Shown: positions 33,501 through 41,607 of the stretch, in pieces
Layout of the letters: every line of letters starts with the position of its first letter
How positions within the stretch are numbered: the stretch's first letter is position 1
NCBI GenBank assembly: GCA_044345405.1
Contig: JBIJBE010000031.1
Span: 1 to 42,963, forward strand
Length of the DNA stretch: 42,963 nucleotides
Origin: Bdellovibrionota bacterium
GTDB lineage: Bacteria > Bdellovibrionota_C > UBA2361 > OMII01
Reading direction: 5' to 3'
Translations under genes and position numbers: made by a program
Notes under the pieces: model-generated
The model's database searches: none
What the model was told of the DNA's origin: nothing
What the model saw: the letters and a program-made list of their open reading frames with translations, nothing else

Positions 33501-35115
33501 CCGAAAGAAACCGGCCTCCCGCATAGAGGTTATCACTCGCGTCAACGGCCAGGGCTCTTACCTCACTGTTGACACCACTCCCCAGCGCTGACCACGACGT
33601 TCCGTTCCACTTGGCTATTCTGTTAACGGTAACTCCACCGGCAGTAGTAAAATTGCCTCCTGCATAAACGTTACCGCCTCCATCAATGGCCAGGGCAAAC
33701 ACGGTTAGGCCTGCGCCGGTGCCGAGAGATGACCACGAGGTACCGTTCCATTTCGCGATCTTGTTCCTGGTCGCACCACCTGCGGTGTTAAAGGTTCCTC
33801 CCACATAGACGTTCCCACTTCCGTCGATTGCTACGGCATTCACAGTTCCGCTCGTACCCGAACCGAGCGCCGACCACGACGATCCATCCCATTTCGCTAC
33901 CCGATTCGCACTTAGCCCGCCCGCTGTCGTGAAATCACCACCAACATACAGGTTGCCGCTCGAGTCGAATTTGAGAGCATTTACAGTTCCATTCAATCCC
34001 TCTCCAAGCGCAGACCATGACGTACCGTCCCACTTCGCTATTCTGTTTGCGGCCACTCCGCCGGCGGTAGTGAAGCCGCCCCCCGCGTAGAGATTACCGC
34101 TGGAGTCTACAGCCAGAGCGTCCACCGAGACATTTATCCCCGAGCCAAGCGTCGACCACGCGGAGCCGTTCCATTTCGCAATGTTCTGAGCTGGAATGTC
34201 ACCAGCCTTTGAGAAAAAGCCGGCTACGTAGAGGTTGCCGGCACCATCAACAGCGACCGCATCGACAAAGCCAGTTACTCCGGGAGTCGCAGAGGCGAAG
34301 GTCATGGCACTGTACTCTCCCCCCCCTCCGGCGAGGCTCCACGCTGTGCCATCGAACTCGTAGGCGACAACGTTCGTGCCACTCTCACCGGAGGCCGCCG
34401 CCAGCATCTTCTCCCCAGTAGTAGGCACCATCGCTATGGTGCTGACTGAAATAGATGGCTTTCCCATCGAGGTTGCTGCGTCAAACGAGATAGTGTGGTT
34501 TCCAGCGGCCGCGGTGCGACGGGCAGTAAGGTGGTATCGATCGCCTACGCTCGCACGATCCTTAAACGCCGCAGTCCAAACCTTTCCATTGAGATCGAGT
34601 GCAACGTGGGGACGAATGTAGGCATCGTTCACTGAGGTTCCGTCGAATACCGTGACGTCGCTCTCAAAGGCGATGCTCGTACCCGAGATCGTTCCCCGCC
34701 GCATCACGACGTCGTAGGTGTTCGCCTCTGACACCAAGAAGATGTAGGAAGTGCCGCCTATATTCCTATACGCCACCGAGAAGTTCGGACTGTTGTACGC
34801 AAGCGTGCCGCGTGAGGTCCACGTCGAACCATCGGGTGACGACGCATACTCAACTGCGGTCCCGTTGTACCAAAATACCCAGTGCGTGTTTGACGAGGAG
34901 TCAAAGAAGCTTTTGCGAGCACCCTCGGTGGTGGAATTTGTTGAGGTGGATGCTCCGACTACGGAGGTCTGCGCATACGAAGCGCACGGGAGGATCCACG
35001 CGATTGCGAACACAAGGAAAAGAGCGAGCGACACCGAGAGCGCATACGCGCTCTTGAGGGTACGGGGCACACCCTTCATGGGACGACCGTTTGTCGACAC
35101 CGCTTCGTGATCCAT
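30571..35115 (-). CDS. Large secreted beta-propeller repeat protein, paralog C
   Basis: Same architecture; shares its N-terminus (MDHEAVSTNG) and upstream DNA with A; longest Pro/Thr linker. Confidence 0.9.
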   Translation of the reverse strand: MDHEAVSTNGRPMKGVPRTLKSAYALSVSLALFLVFAIAWILPCASYAQTSVVGASTSTNSTTEGARKSFFDSSSNTHWVFWYNGTAVEYASSPDGSTWTSRGTLAYNSPNFSVAYRNIGGTSYIFLVSEANTYDVVMRRGTISGTSIAFESDVTVFDGTSVNDAYIRPHVALDLNGKVWTAAFKDRASVGDRYHLTARRTAAAGNHTISFDAATSMGKPSISVSTIAMVPTTGEKMLAAASGESGTNVVAYEFDGTAWSLAGGGGEYSAMTFASATPGVTGFVDAVAVDGAGNLYVAGFFSKAGDIPAQNIAKWNGSAWSTLGSGINVSVDALAVDSSGNLYAGGGFTTAGGVAANRIAKWDGTSWSALGEGLNGTVNALKFDSSGNLYVGGDFTTAGGLSANRVAKWDGSSWSALGSGTSGTVNAVAIDGSGNVYVGGTFNTAGGATRNKIAKWNGTSWSSLGTGAGLTVFALAIDGGGNVYAGGNFTTAGGVTVNRIAKWNGTSWSALGSGVNSEVRALAVDASDNLYAGGRFLSAGGIPAQYIAKWNGTSWSSLLGGIGLWVNALVCDGAGNLHVGGNFETTLNGIVVRNVATWSGTEWQPIGVKEINYVSALLVDATGNLYAGGYIGAAGGLRANGIAKWNGSSWSALGTGVDGTVYALAFDASGNLYVGGSFSSAGGVAVNNIARWDGTAWSALGSGIGTVDTSIVSALAVDAGGNVYAGGDFTEAGGVAADRIAKWNGTSWSPLGTGMNDYVIGLAVDGGGTLYATGGFTTADGVTVNGFAQWNGSTWSTVGGGVDGGVQPMVVDASGTLYVGGTFTSAGGVAAANIARWNGTSWSSLSTGMNGSVSFLTVDAGGNLYATGSFTTAGGTAADGLAKWDGSSWSALGTVADGATWFSSLTSDASGNLYAIGGNGGGDSGLKVIRPAPVNNQLAGTSASLVSGSEGTAHLTYIDTNNDLMLKSYSGSTSTWSAATPVVTGNVTSHATGMYELSSAMVSWFLEDGTVKHTEANWPYTSWYPPTSVSSDATAKNISAPLTSGTTSDMVAVWNRVGGSAGEVASALSLMPATPTPTPTMTATPTSTPTMTATATVTSTPTVTPTVTPTYTPTVPAPPPPDIDFGQPGDQPQGPNIVVRGRNVVLSGTGAVGYTVEVQVDGIVVGRIPITSSTGAWTFTLPALAPGYREISTVNVASEVDRSAPSAPVKVVIVAAAPLDFTGVGDTAITTWRRARNEVRVKTRRSSSGAWTTRTIAGRYPAIADYDDDGVSDVAAVGVRDGNLEWNVELSTTGKALDLSVGAAGDTLVSGCNFAANKGASFAVFKSETRALHFRSLGDSATQEVVLSGLGSCNVIGCGDTDGDGVDELLFTTRGADNRTRVVGYDTTGQRRFESKYNSFVRGFVVDRPNSTVPLVAVIGGTERRGRQVKITTMAGSFAFPRFFVERGATIGNGTFTTENNQQVSGIFWANLATRMVSRRLLSRGAETTELFKLPRGFSLVRPQGIVRTTTSKR

Positions 35116-35231
35116 TCACAACGGAGGTCGGCGTTTTTACGAAATACCTAAAGAGAAGCAGACACCTAGCGGATAAGGGGCTAGAATTGTGGAGGATATT
35201 GTTTCGGGTTACGCCTCGAATTGGCACACAG

Positions 35232-35351
35232 GGAGGGCGACCAGCTTGCACGCCGTAGCGTAGCGAAGGCGGGTCCCCGGTCGCCGAAATCTCACGGAAT
35301 GTAACCGGTCTGCACAACACGAATCACGGCGGTCGGGGACGACCGCCCTCC
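35232..35351. repeat. REPIN-like unit; left REP filled, right REP empty
   Basis: Left REP 35232-35285 (insert 35245-35273); right REP 35328-35351 on - reads GGAG-GGCGGTC-GTCCCC-GACCGCC. Confidence 0.9.
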
Positions 35352-35380
35352 CTTTAAACGAAATGAGGTCGCTACCCACC

Positions 35381-38300
35381 TCACCTCGCTCCTTCCGTCC
35401 TCACAACCCCCTGCGGTCGCAATAACGAATACCCCTTCGGCAACTTAAACAGCTCAGTACTCCTCTCCCCTCTTGCGAGACGTCTACGGGACACCATGCG
35501 ATTTTTGCGGTTCGCCCAGAAGATGCCGGACACCTGTTGATTATTATCGGTCGTAAAAGTTCCGTTGCCGATAGTCGCTCCTCGCTCCACAAAGAATCGG
35601 GGGAAGGCGAAGCTCCCTGCCATCGTCGTAATCTTTACCTGCCTGCCGCGACGTTCCGCTCCACCGATCACCGCAACGAGCGGCACCGATGAGTTCGGAC
35701 GATCCACGACGAAACCACGAACGAAGGAGTTATACTTACTTTCGAAGCGCCGCTGCCCCGTAGTGTCATATCCTACAACTCGAATTCGGTTATCCGCTCC
35801 CCGCGTTGTAAACAAGAGCTCATCAACACCATCTCCATCGGTGTCGCCGCAGCCGATAACGTTACAGCTGCCCAAGCCTCTCAAGACAACCTGTCGGGGT
35901 GTGGAATCCCCGAGACTCATAAATTTTAGCGTTCGCGTTTCACTCTTAAAGACGGCGAACGATGCTCCCTTATTGGCGGCGAGATTACAACCGGACACGA
36001 TCGCATCGCCGACAGATCCGACCGAAGCTTTTTCACGTTCGCCGGTCGTTGAGAGGATGACATTCCATTCGAGCGAACCGTCTTGGGCTCCAACGGCAGC
36101 GATGTCGCTCACGCCATCATCGTCATAATCAGAGATTGCGGGATATCGTCCGCTCATCGTTTGCGTTGTCCACGCCATGCTTGATGCGCGACGGATCTTA
36201 AAACGGATGTCCTTGCCGACTCTTCGCCATGCCGTAATTGCGGTGTCACCAACCCCCGTGAAGTCGAGAGGAGCTGGGGCAACGATGACCACCTTAACCG
36301 AGGTGGACGGTGCGCTTCGATTGGTCTCCGACGCGACGGTGACCGTTGTAATCTCTCGCTCACCGGGGGCAAGTGCGGGAAGGATAAAGGTCCAGGCGCC
36401 CGTAGCCCCACCACTTGATGACATAATCGGAACGCTTCCAACCACGATGCCGTCCACCTGAACCTCAACGGCATACCCAACCGTTCCCGTTCCCGAGACG
36501 ACAACGTTACGTCCGCGCACCACGACATTGGGGCCATTAGGCGAGTCTCCCGGTTTTCCGAAATCGACATCGGGTGGTGGAGGCGCAGGAAGTGTTGGAG
36601 TGGAGGTCGGAGTCTCTGTTGGAGTTGACGTCGGCGTCACCGTGAACGTTGGCGTGAAGGTCGGCGTCGCAGTTGGCGCAATACCACTCAACGATGCCAC
36701 CACCTCACCTGCAGATGCGCCGACCGCATTCCAACTCGCGAGAGTTTGGCTATGCGTCCCCGAACTCGCGTGCACCGAGATACCTGTCGGTGTGCCGACT
36801 GCGCTCACGGTTGTTGGAGCGGACCACACGGAGTACGGTGCGCTTGCTTCGGTGTACTTCACCGTACCGCCCGCTATGAACCACGATACCAACGCAGAGT
36901 TGGTTCCGTAGATGCCAGCAGCTTGAGACGTAACAGGCCCCGTGGCAACCAAGGTCGAAGCGCTCCACGTTCCAGGAGAGCCTGAGTAGGTCTTCATCCT
37001 TACCGACTTGCTAGTGAGGTCGATGTAGAGGAGGTGCGCAGTGCCACTGTCTCCCACCACAAGAGATGCTATCGTTCCGTGTTCTTGGTTGCTTACGGCT
37101 ATTTGCTTTATCAGAGATAGTCCGACTGGATTGCCCGCATAAAGATCGCCGTTTGCATCAAGCGAGAGGGCATCCACACCCCAGGAACTCCCAACACCAG
37201 ACCATGCGCTACCGTCCCACCTAGCTAAGTTGTACGTCGAAATTCCGCCTATGTTACTGAAGGCTCCCCCGGCATACAGGGCTCCACTTGAATCAATCGC
37301 AAGCGCACTTACGCTTCCATCAGTCCCGGTTCCCAGAGCAGACCACGAACTACCATTCCACTTCGCTATTCTGTTAACGGTGACACCACTCGCTGTTGTG
37401 AAACTTCCTCCCGCATAGAGGCTGCCGCTGGCATCTAGTTTTAAGGCATACACGGGGCCGTCCATACCGGTCGAGAGTGTCGACCACGAAGCACCGTTCC
37501 ACTTAGCTATTCGACTCGCCGCCGCACCGCCCGCTGTTGTAAAACCGCCACCAGTATACAGCGTGCCACTAGCATCAATAATCACAGCGGATACAAAGTC
37601 ATTGACCCCACTCCCGAGCGCAGACCATCCACTGCCGTTCCACGTAGCGATCCGGTTAGCCGCTCCACCCCCCGCAGTGGTGAAGGAACCACCAGCATAG
37701 ACGTTTCCGCTGCCATCACAGCCCAAGGCCAATACAGCACTATTCATGCCCGTTCCAAGCGCAGACCACGACGTGCCATTCCACTTAGCGACTCGATTAA
37801 CCGTAATCCCGCCAGCGGTCGTGAATTCTCCTCCTGCGTAGAGATTGCCACTTGCGTCCAAGGCCAAGGCTGTAACAACCCCGTTCATGCCCGTCGACAG
37901 CGTCGACCAAGACACGCCGTTCCATCGTGCGATATAATTCGCCACCCCACCGCCTGCCGTCGTGAAGCTGCCTCCCACATAGAGATTTCCAGTTGCGTCA
38001 GCGGTAGCAGCGTACACGGCGCCGTTAAACCCAGTCCCGAGAGAAGACCACGACGAACCGTTCCACGATGCCACGCTGTAGGCAAATATATCGCCAGCGG
38101 ACCAGAAATATCCTCCCGCAAAGATACGTCCGCTTGCGTCCGCAGTCACGGCCTCCACTGATCCATCCACCTGTTCCACCAGGGCAGACCACGACGTGCC
38201 GTTCCATTTTGCCATATAAGATGCCGCAACTCCGCCCGCACTCGTAAACCAACCACCCGCATAGAGGTTGCCACTCGCATCAAAAGCCAGGGCCTTCACC

Positions 38301-39856
38301 ATATTATTCAGGCCACTCCCCAGCGCTGACCACGACGTGCCGTTCCACTTGGCTGTATATCCTGCGCCGACACCGCCGCCTCCTGCATAGAGGTTCCCAC
38401 TTCCGTCGAACGTCAACGCATAAACGGTACTAGTGGTCCCTGACCCGAGGGCGGACCACGCCGTACCGTTCCATTTCGCTATCCTGTTAGCGGTGACACC
38501 ACCTGCTGCCGTAAAGCTTCCTCCCGCATAGAGATTGCCACTGGCGTCAAAGGTGAGAGCTCGGACTGAGCCACCCATCCCGATCCCCAGCGCTGACCAC
38601 GAAGCGCCGTCCCACTTAGCTACTCGGTTTACGGTCACGCCCCCTGCCGTCGTAAAGCCACCACCAGCATACAGGTTTCCGCTGGCATCAAACTTCAGCG
38701 CGAATACCGTGCCACTGACGCCCGAGGCGAGCGGTGACCAAGCTGTACCGTCCCATTTCGCTATCCTGTTAGCAGCTACACCACCAGCAGTCGTGAAGGA
38801 GCCACCCGCATAGAGGTTTCCACTTGCATCAACGGCGAGAGCGTACACCTGGTTGTTCACCCCCGCGCCGAGGGATGACCACGACGTGCCGTTCCACTTT
38901 GCTACATTGTTGGCCGAAGCTCCGCCTGCGAATTCAAAATAGCCGCCGACATACAGGTTACCACTTCCGTCAACAGCGACCGCGATCACGCTACCGTCCA
39001 CGCCCGTCAATCCCCAGTTCGCATTCCCAAACGCGAGAGCGCCATACTCTCCCCCAGAGCCTATAAAGCGCCACGTAGTCCCATCGAACTCATAGGTGAC
39101 CACATTTGGACCACTATCAGCGGAAACAGCCGCAAGCATCTTATCGCCAGAGGTTGGCACTATAGAAACATTCGAAACTGTCACTGAGGGCTTTCCCATC
39201 GATGTCGCAGCGCTGAATGAAATGGCTTGAGAGCCGTTGCTCATGGTGCGACGCGCTGTGAGGTGATAGCGGTCGCCAACGTTTCCAAGATCCTTAAACG
39301 CCGCGGTCCACACCTTTCCATTCAGATCGAGTGCAACGTGCGGACGAATGTAGGCATCGTTCGCTGAGGTTCCGTCGAATACCGTGACGTCGCTCTCAAA
39401 GGTGATGTTCGTACCCGAGATCGTTCCCCGCCGCATCACGACGTCGTAGGTGTTCGCCTCTGACACCAAGAAGATGTAGGAAGTGCCGCCTATATTCCTA
39501 TACGCCACCGAGAAGTTCGGAGTGTTGTAGGCAAGCGTGCCGCGTGAGGTCCACGTTGAACCATCGGGTGATGATGCATACTCAACAGCGGTGCCGTTGT
39601 ACCAGAATACCCAGTGGGTGTTTGACGTAGTGTCGATGAAGCTCTTGCGAGCACCCTCGGTGGTGGAACTTGTTGAGGTTGAGGAACCAACCACTGAGGT
39701 TTGAGCCTCCGCCATGGAAGCAAGAAAAGAGAGCACGAGGACTAGAATAGCGACTACGGTCGATACACGAGCAGCTAAGGGACGGATATCCCGGTCAAAG
39801 AGCACAGGTACAAAGCGCCCGATCGTTCTCACAAACGAGCTCGTGTGGTGATCCAT
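35381..39856 (-). CDS. Large secreted beta-propeller repeat protein, paralog D
   Basis: Same architecture; signal peptide ending AEA-QTS; repeat 5 carries a short loop deletion. Confidence 0.9.
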   Translation of the reverse strand: MDHHTSSFVRTIGRFVPVLFDRDIRPLAARVSTVVAILVLVLSFLASMAEAQTSVVGSSTSTSSTTEGARKSFIDTTSNTHWVFWYNGTAVEYASSPDGSTWTSRGTLAYNTPNFSVAYRNIGGTSYIFLVSEANTYDVVMRRGTISGTNITFESDVTVFDGTSANDAYIRPHVALDLNGKVWTAAFKDLGNVGDRYHLTARRTMSNGSQAISFSAATSMGKPSVTVSNVSIVPTSGDKMLAAVSADSGPNVVTYEFDGTTWRFIGSGGEYGALAFGNANWGLTGVDGSVIAVAVDGSGNLYVGGYFEFAGGASANNVAKWNGTSWSSLGAGVNNQVYALAVDASGNLYAGGSFTTAGGVAANRIAKWDGTAWSPLASGVSGTVFALKFDASGNLYAGGGFTTAGGVTVNRVAKWDGASWSALGIGMGGSVRALTFDASGNLYAGGSFTAAGGVTANRIAKWNGTAWSALGSGTTSTVYALTFDGSGNLYAGGGGVGAGYTAKWNGTSWSALGSGLNNMVKALAFDASGNLYAGGWFTSAGGVAASYMAKWNGTSWSALVEQVDGSVEAVTADASGRIFAGGYFWSAGDIFAYSVASWNGSSWSSLGTGFNGAVYAATADATGNLYVGGSFTTAGGGVANYIARWNGVSWSTLSTGMNGVVTALALDASGNLYAGGEFTTAGGITVNRVAKWNGTSWSALGTGMNSAVLALGCDGSGNVYAGGSFTTAGGGAANRIATWNGSGWSALGSGVNDFVSAVIIDASGTLYTGGGFTTAGGAAASRIAKWNGASWSTLSTGMDGPVYALKLDASGSLYAGGSFTTASGVTVNRIAKWNGSSWSALGTGTDGSVSALAIDSSGALYAGGAFSNIGGISTYNLARWDGSAWSGVGSSWGVDALSLDANGDLYAGNPVGLSLIKQIAVSNQEHGTIASLVVGDSGTAHLLYIDLTSKSVRMKTYSGSPGTWSASTLVATGPVTSQAAGIYGTNSALVSWFIAGGTVKYTEASAPYSVWSAPTTVSAVGTPTGISVHASSGTHSQTLASWNAVGASAGEVVASLSGIAPTATPTFTPTFTVTPTSTPTETPTSTPTLPAPPPPDVDFGKPGDSPNGPNVVVRGRNVVVSGTGTVGYAVEVQVDGIVVGSVPIMSSSGGATGAWTFILPALAPGEREITTVTVASETNRSAPSTSVKVVIVAPAPLDFTGVGDTAITAWRRVGKDIRFKIRRASSMAWTTQTMSGRYPAISDYDDDGVSDIAAVGAQDGSLEWNVILSTTGEREKASVGSVGDAIVSGCNLAANKGASFAVFKSETRTLKFMSLGDSTPRQVVLRGLGSCNVIGCGDTDGDGVDELLFTTRGADNRIRVVGYDTTGQRRFESKYNSFVRGFVVDRPNSSVPLVAVIGGAERRGRQVKITTMAGSFAFPRFFVERGATIGNGTFTTDNNQQVSGIFWANRKNRMVSRRRLARGERSTELFKLPKGYSLLRPQGVVRTEGAR

Positions 39857-40026
39857 TCACCAAGAAGATCGACTAACTACCCCACTACCTTGAGGGAAAT
39901 GGGGGATACCGCAGGCGTGGGCGAAGGATTATTCACCACAGATATCCCTAACCTGCTGATTGCAGGTTTCCCGCGCTCCTTCGCAATGGCTCCCCGTAGC
40001 GCGGGGAGCTCTGGAGCTCTCATGAT

Positions 40027-40530
40027 TCAAGGGATGGTGACTTTAAGCGAGAGCTCCTCCAAAAAGCAGTTCTCACTGCTACTCGGAACTCGTCTAACCT
40101 CGCACCTCAAACCACCCTCAATGAGAGCGGCGGCGACCCGCTCAGTCGCCTGAATGCGAACGGTGTGGTCAAACGGCAACATCGAGAGATCGAGCGGGCC
40201 GGAGATAGAACCATCAGCGCAGATCTGCGCGAATTTCCATCCCACGGATTCATGGCGAAATATCGAATTGAACGTCACCGACGATCTCCCCTCACTCGTC
40301 GCGGCATGAAGGCGACCGATCATATTCTGGAAGAGCGTTCCCGACCTCTCGGCTACCGCCTGCTCGAGGCGTTCAGGGGTGTGTCGGGCGAGCTGTTGCT
40401 CGTACCACTCACGACGCGCCTCCTCTTTGAGATTCTGGAAGTGATCGCGTTGGGCTGCGAGCGCTGGCAACGTGCTCTCGTCGAGCTTAAGAGGCGCGGA
40501 GGATTGAGCGGCTGAGGGGTGAGCGTTCAT
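40027..40530 (-). CDS. Hypothetical protein
   Basis: ATG at 40530 preceded by GGAGA; co-oriented upstream of the paralog array; no recognised motif. Confidence 0.6.
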   Translation of the reverse strand: MNAHPSAAQSSAPLKLDESTLPALAAQRDHFQNLKEEARREWYEQQLARHTPERLEQAVAERSGTLFQNMIGRLHAATSEGRSSVTFNSIFRHESVGWKFAQICADGSISGPLDLSMLPFDHTVRIQATERVAAALIEGGLRCEVRRVPSSSENCFLEELSLKVTIP

Positions 40531-40650
40531 GGTGTCTCCAGGTGTAAGTATGGGTAAGGGTGCCACTGGGAGCGACGTTAATCAAAGGGTTTGCGGGGTG
40601 GTGGGACAGGTGCGGACAGCAGCGAACTCAAGAGCACTGAGCTAATAATC

Positions 40651-40830
40651 GGAGGGCGACCATTCCTCCCCCGTCGCTAAAGCTATGGGGGACAGGTCGG
40701 TCGCCGAAAGGTTGCGTGTCACAAACGACCTTCACCTCACGCAACGCGGCTTGTGCCCCATAGCTTTAGCGTCGGGGCACGGTCAGGATCCCACTTCGCT
40801 TCGCTACGAGGGACAAGCTGACCGCCCTCC
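40651..40830. repeat. REPIN-like unit with three hairpin inserts
   Basis: Left REP 40651-40705 (insert 40667-40696, minus); right REP 40748-40830 (inserts 40750-40779 plus and 40789-40817 minus). Confidence 0.9.
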
Positions 40831-40869
40831 GAGGTCACGGGTCTACGAAATGGGGTACATGCCACAAAC

Positions 40870-40897
40870 AAAAAAAGGCCGCCCTCTCGGACGACCT
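40870..40897 (-). terminator. Intrinsic terminator downstream of the rho fragment
   Basis: Minus strand AGGTCGTCC-GAGA-GGGCGGCCT followed by a T run. Confidence 0.8.
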
Positions 40898-40920
40898 CTT
40901 TTCGCGAAGAAGGGAATTCC

Positions 40921-41526
40921 CTACCCCTTCATCTTATCCAAGAACTCCTTGTTGCTCTTGGTTCCGTCCATCTTGCTGACGAGGAACTCCATAGCCTCAA
41001 CGGAGTTGAGTGGGTTGAGCACCCGTCGGAGCGCCCAGACCTTCTGCATGACGTCGTTCTCAAGGAGGAGGTCCTCTTTACGAGTTCCCGACGCCTTGAT
41101 GTCCATTGCAGGGTAGACACGTCGCTCGGCGAGCTTACGATCGAGCACGATCTCGCTGTTACCGGTTCCTTTGAATTCCTCGAAGATAACTTCATCCATT
41201 CGGCTTCCGGTCTCGATGAGCGCGGTACCGATGATGGTGAGGCTTCCGCCCTCTTCAACGTTACGAGCTGCACCGAAGAAACGCTTCGGCTTGTGGAGCG
41301 CGTTAGCGTCAACACCTCCGGAGAGGATCTTGCCGCTTGGTGGAACGACAGTGTTGTACGCGCGCGCGAGACGGGTAATAGAATCCAGAAGGATCACTAC
41401 GTCACGCTTGTGCTCAACGAGACGCTTCGCCTTCTCGATCACCATATCCGCGACCTGTACGTGGCGCTGAGCTGGCTCGTCGAAGGTTGAGCTCACAACC
41501 TCGCCCTTTACGGAGCGGGCCATGTC
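40921..41526 (-). pseudogene. rho: 5'-truncated transcription termination factor Rho (C-terminal ~200 aa only)
   Basis: [55 protein letters not shown]; upstream codons read [15 protein letters not shown] instead of the expected LIDERPEEVT. Confidence 0.85.
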
Positions 41527-41607
41527 CAAGCGTTGAGAGAATCTGTCAGGAAGTACGAGCTATCTGCGGATAGAGTAAGAGCCTACCCAAAAAGCGAGGC
41601 GCTGATT

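Noticed and set aside
25152-35110. Similar plus-strand ORFs (25152-25544, 29960-30349, 34751-35110 and others)
   Set aside because: Antisense shadows of conserved parts of the paralogs; their similarity follows from the minus-strand genes.
35221-35240. Sigma-54 promoter (TGGCAC at 35222 and 20876)
   Set aside because: No TTGC at the -12 position, and the orientation is opposite to the adjacent genes.
21077-39856. Diversity-generating retroelement or invertase shufflon acting on the paralogs
   Set aside because: No reverse transcriptase or site-specific recombinase in the window, no template/variable repeat pair with adenine-specific differences noticed, and all genes are co-oriented.
20886-40830. 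Recurring ~30-50 bp sequences as a CRISPR array
   Set aside because: Copies are kilobases apart, arranged as inverted pairs, with no unique spacers and no cas genes.
40685-41116. ORFs crossing REPINs (also 25615-25800 and 184-387)
   Set aside because: They read through palindromic repeats or antisense to real genes; no protein-like features.
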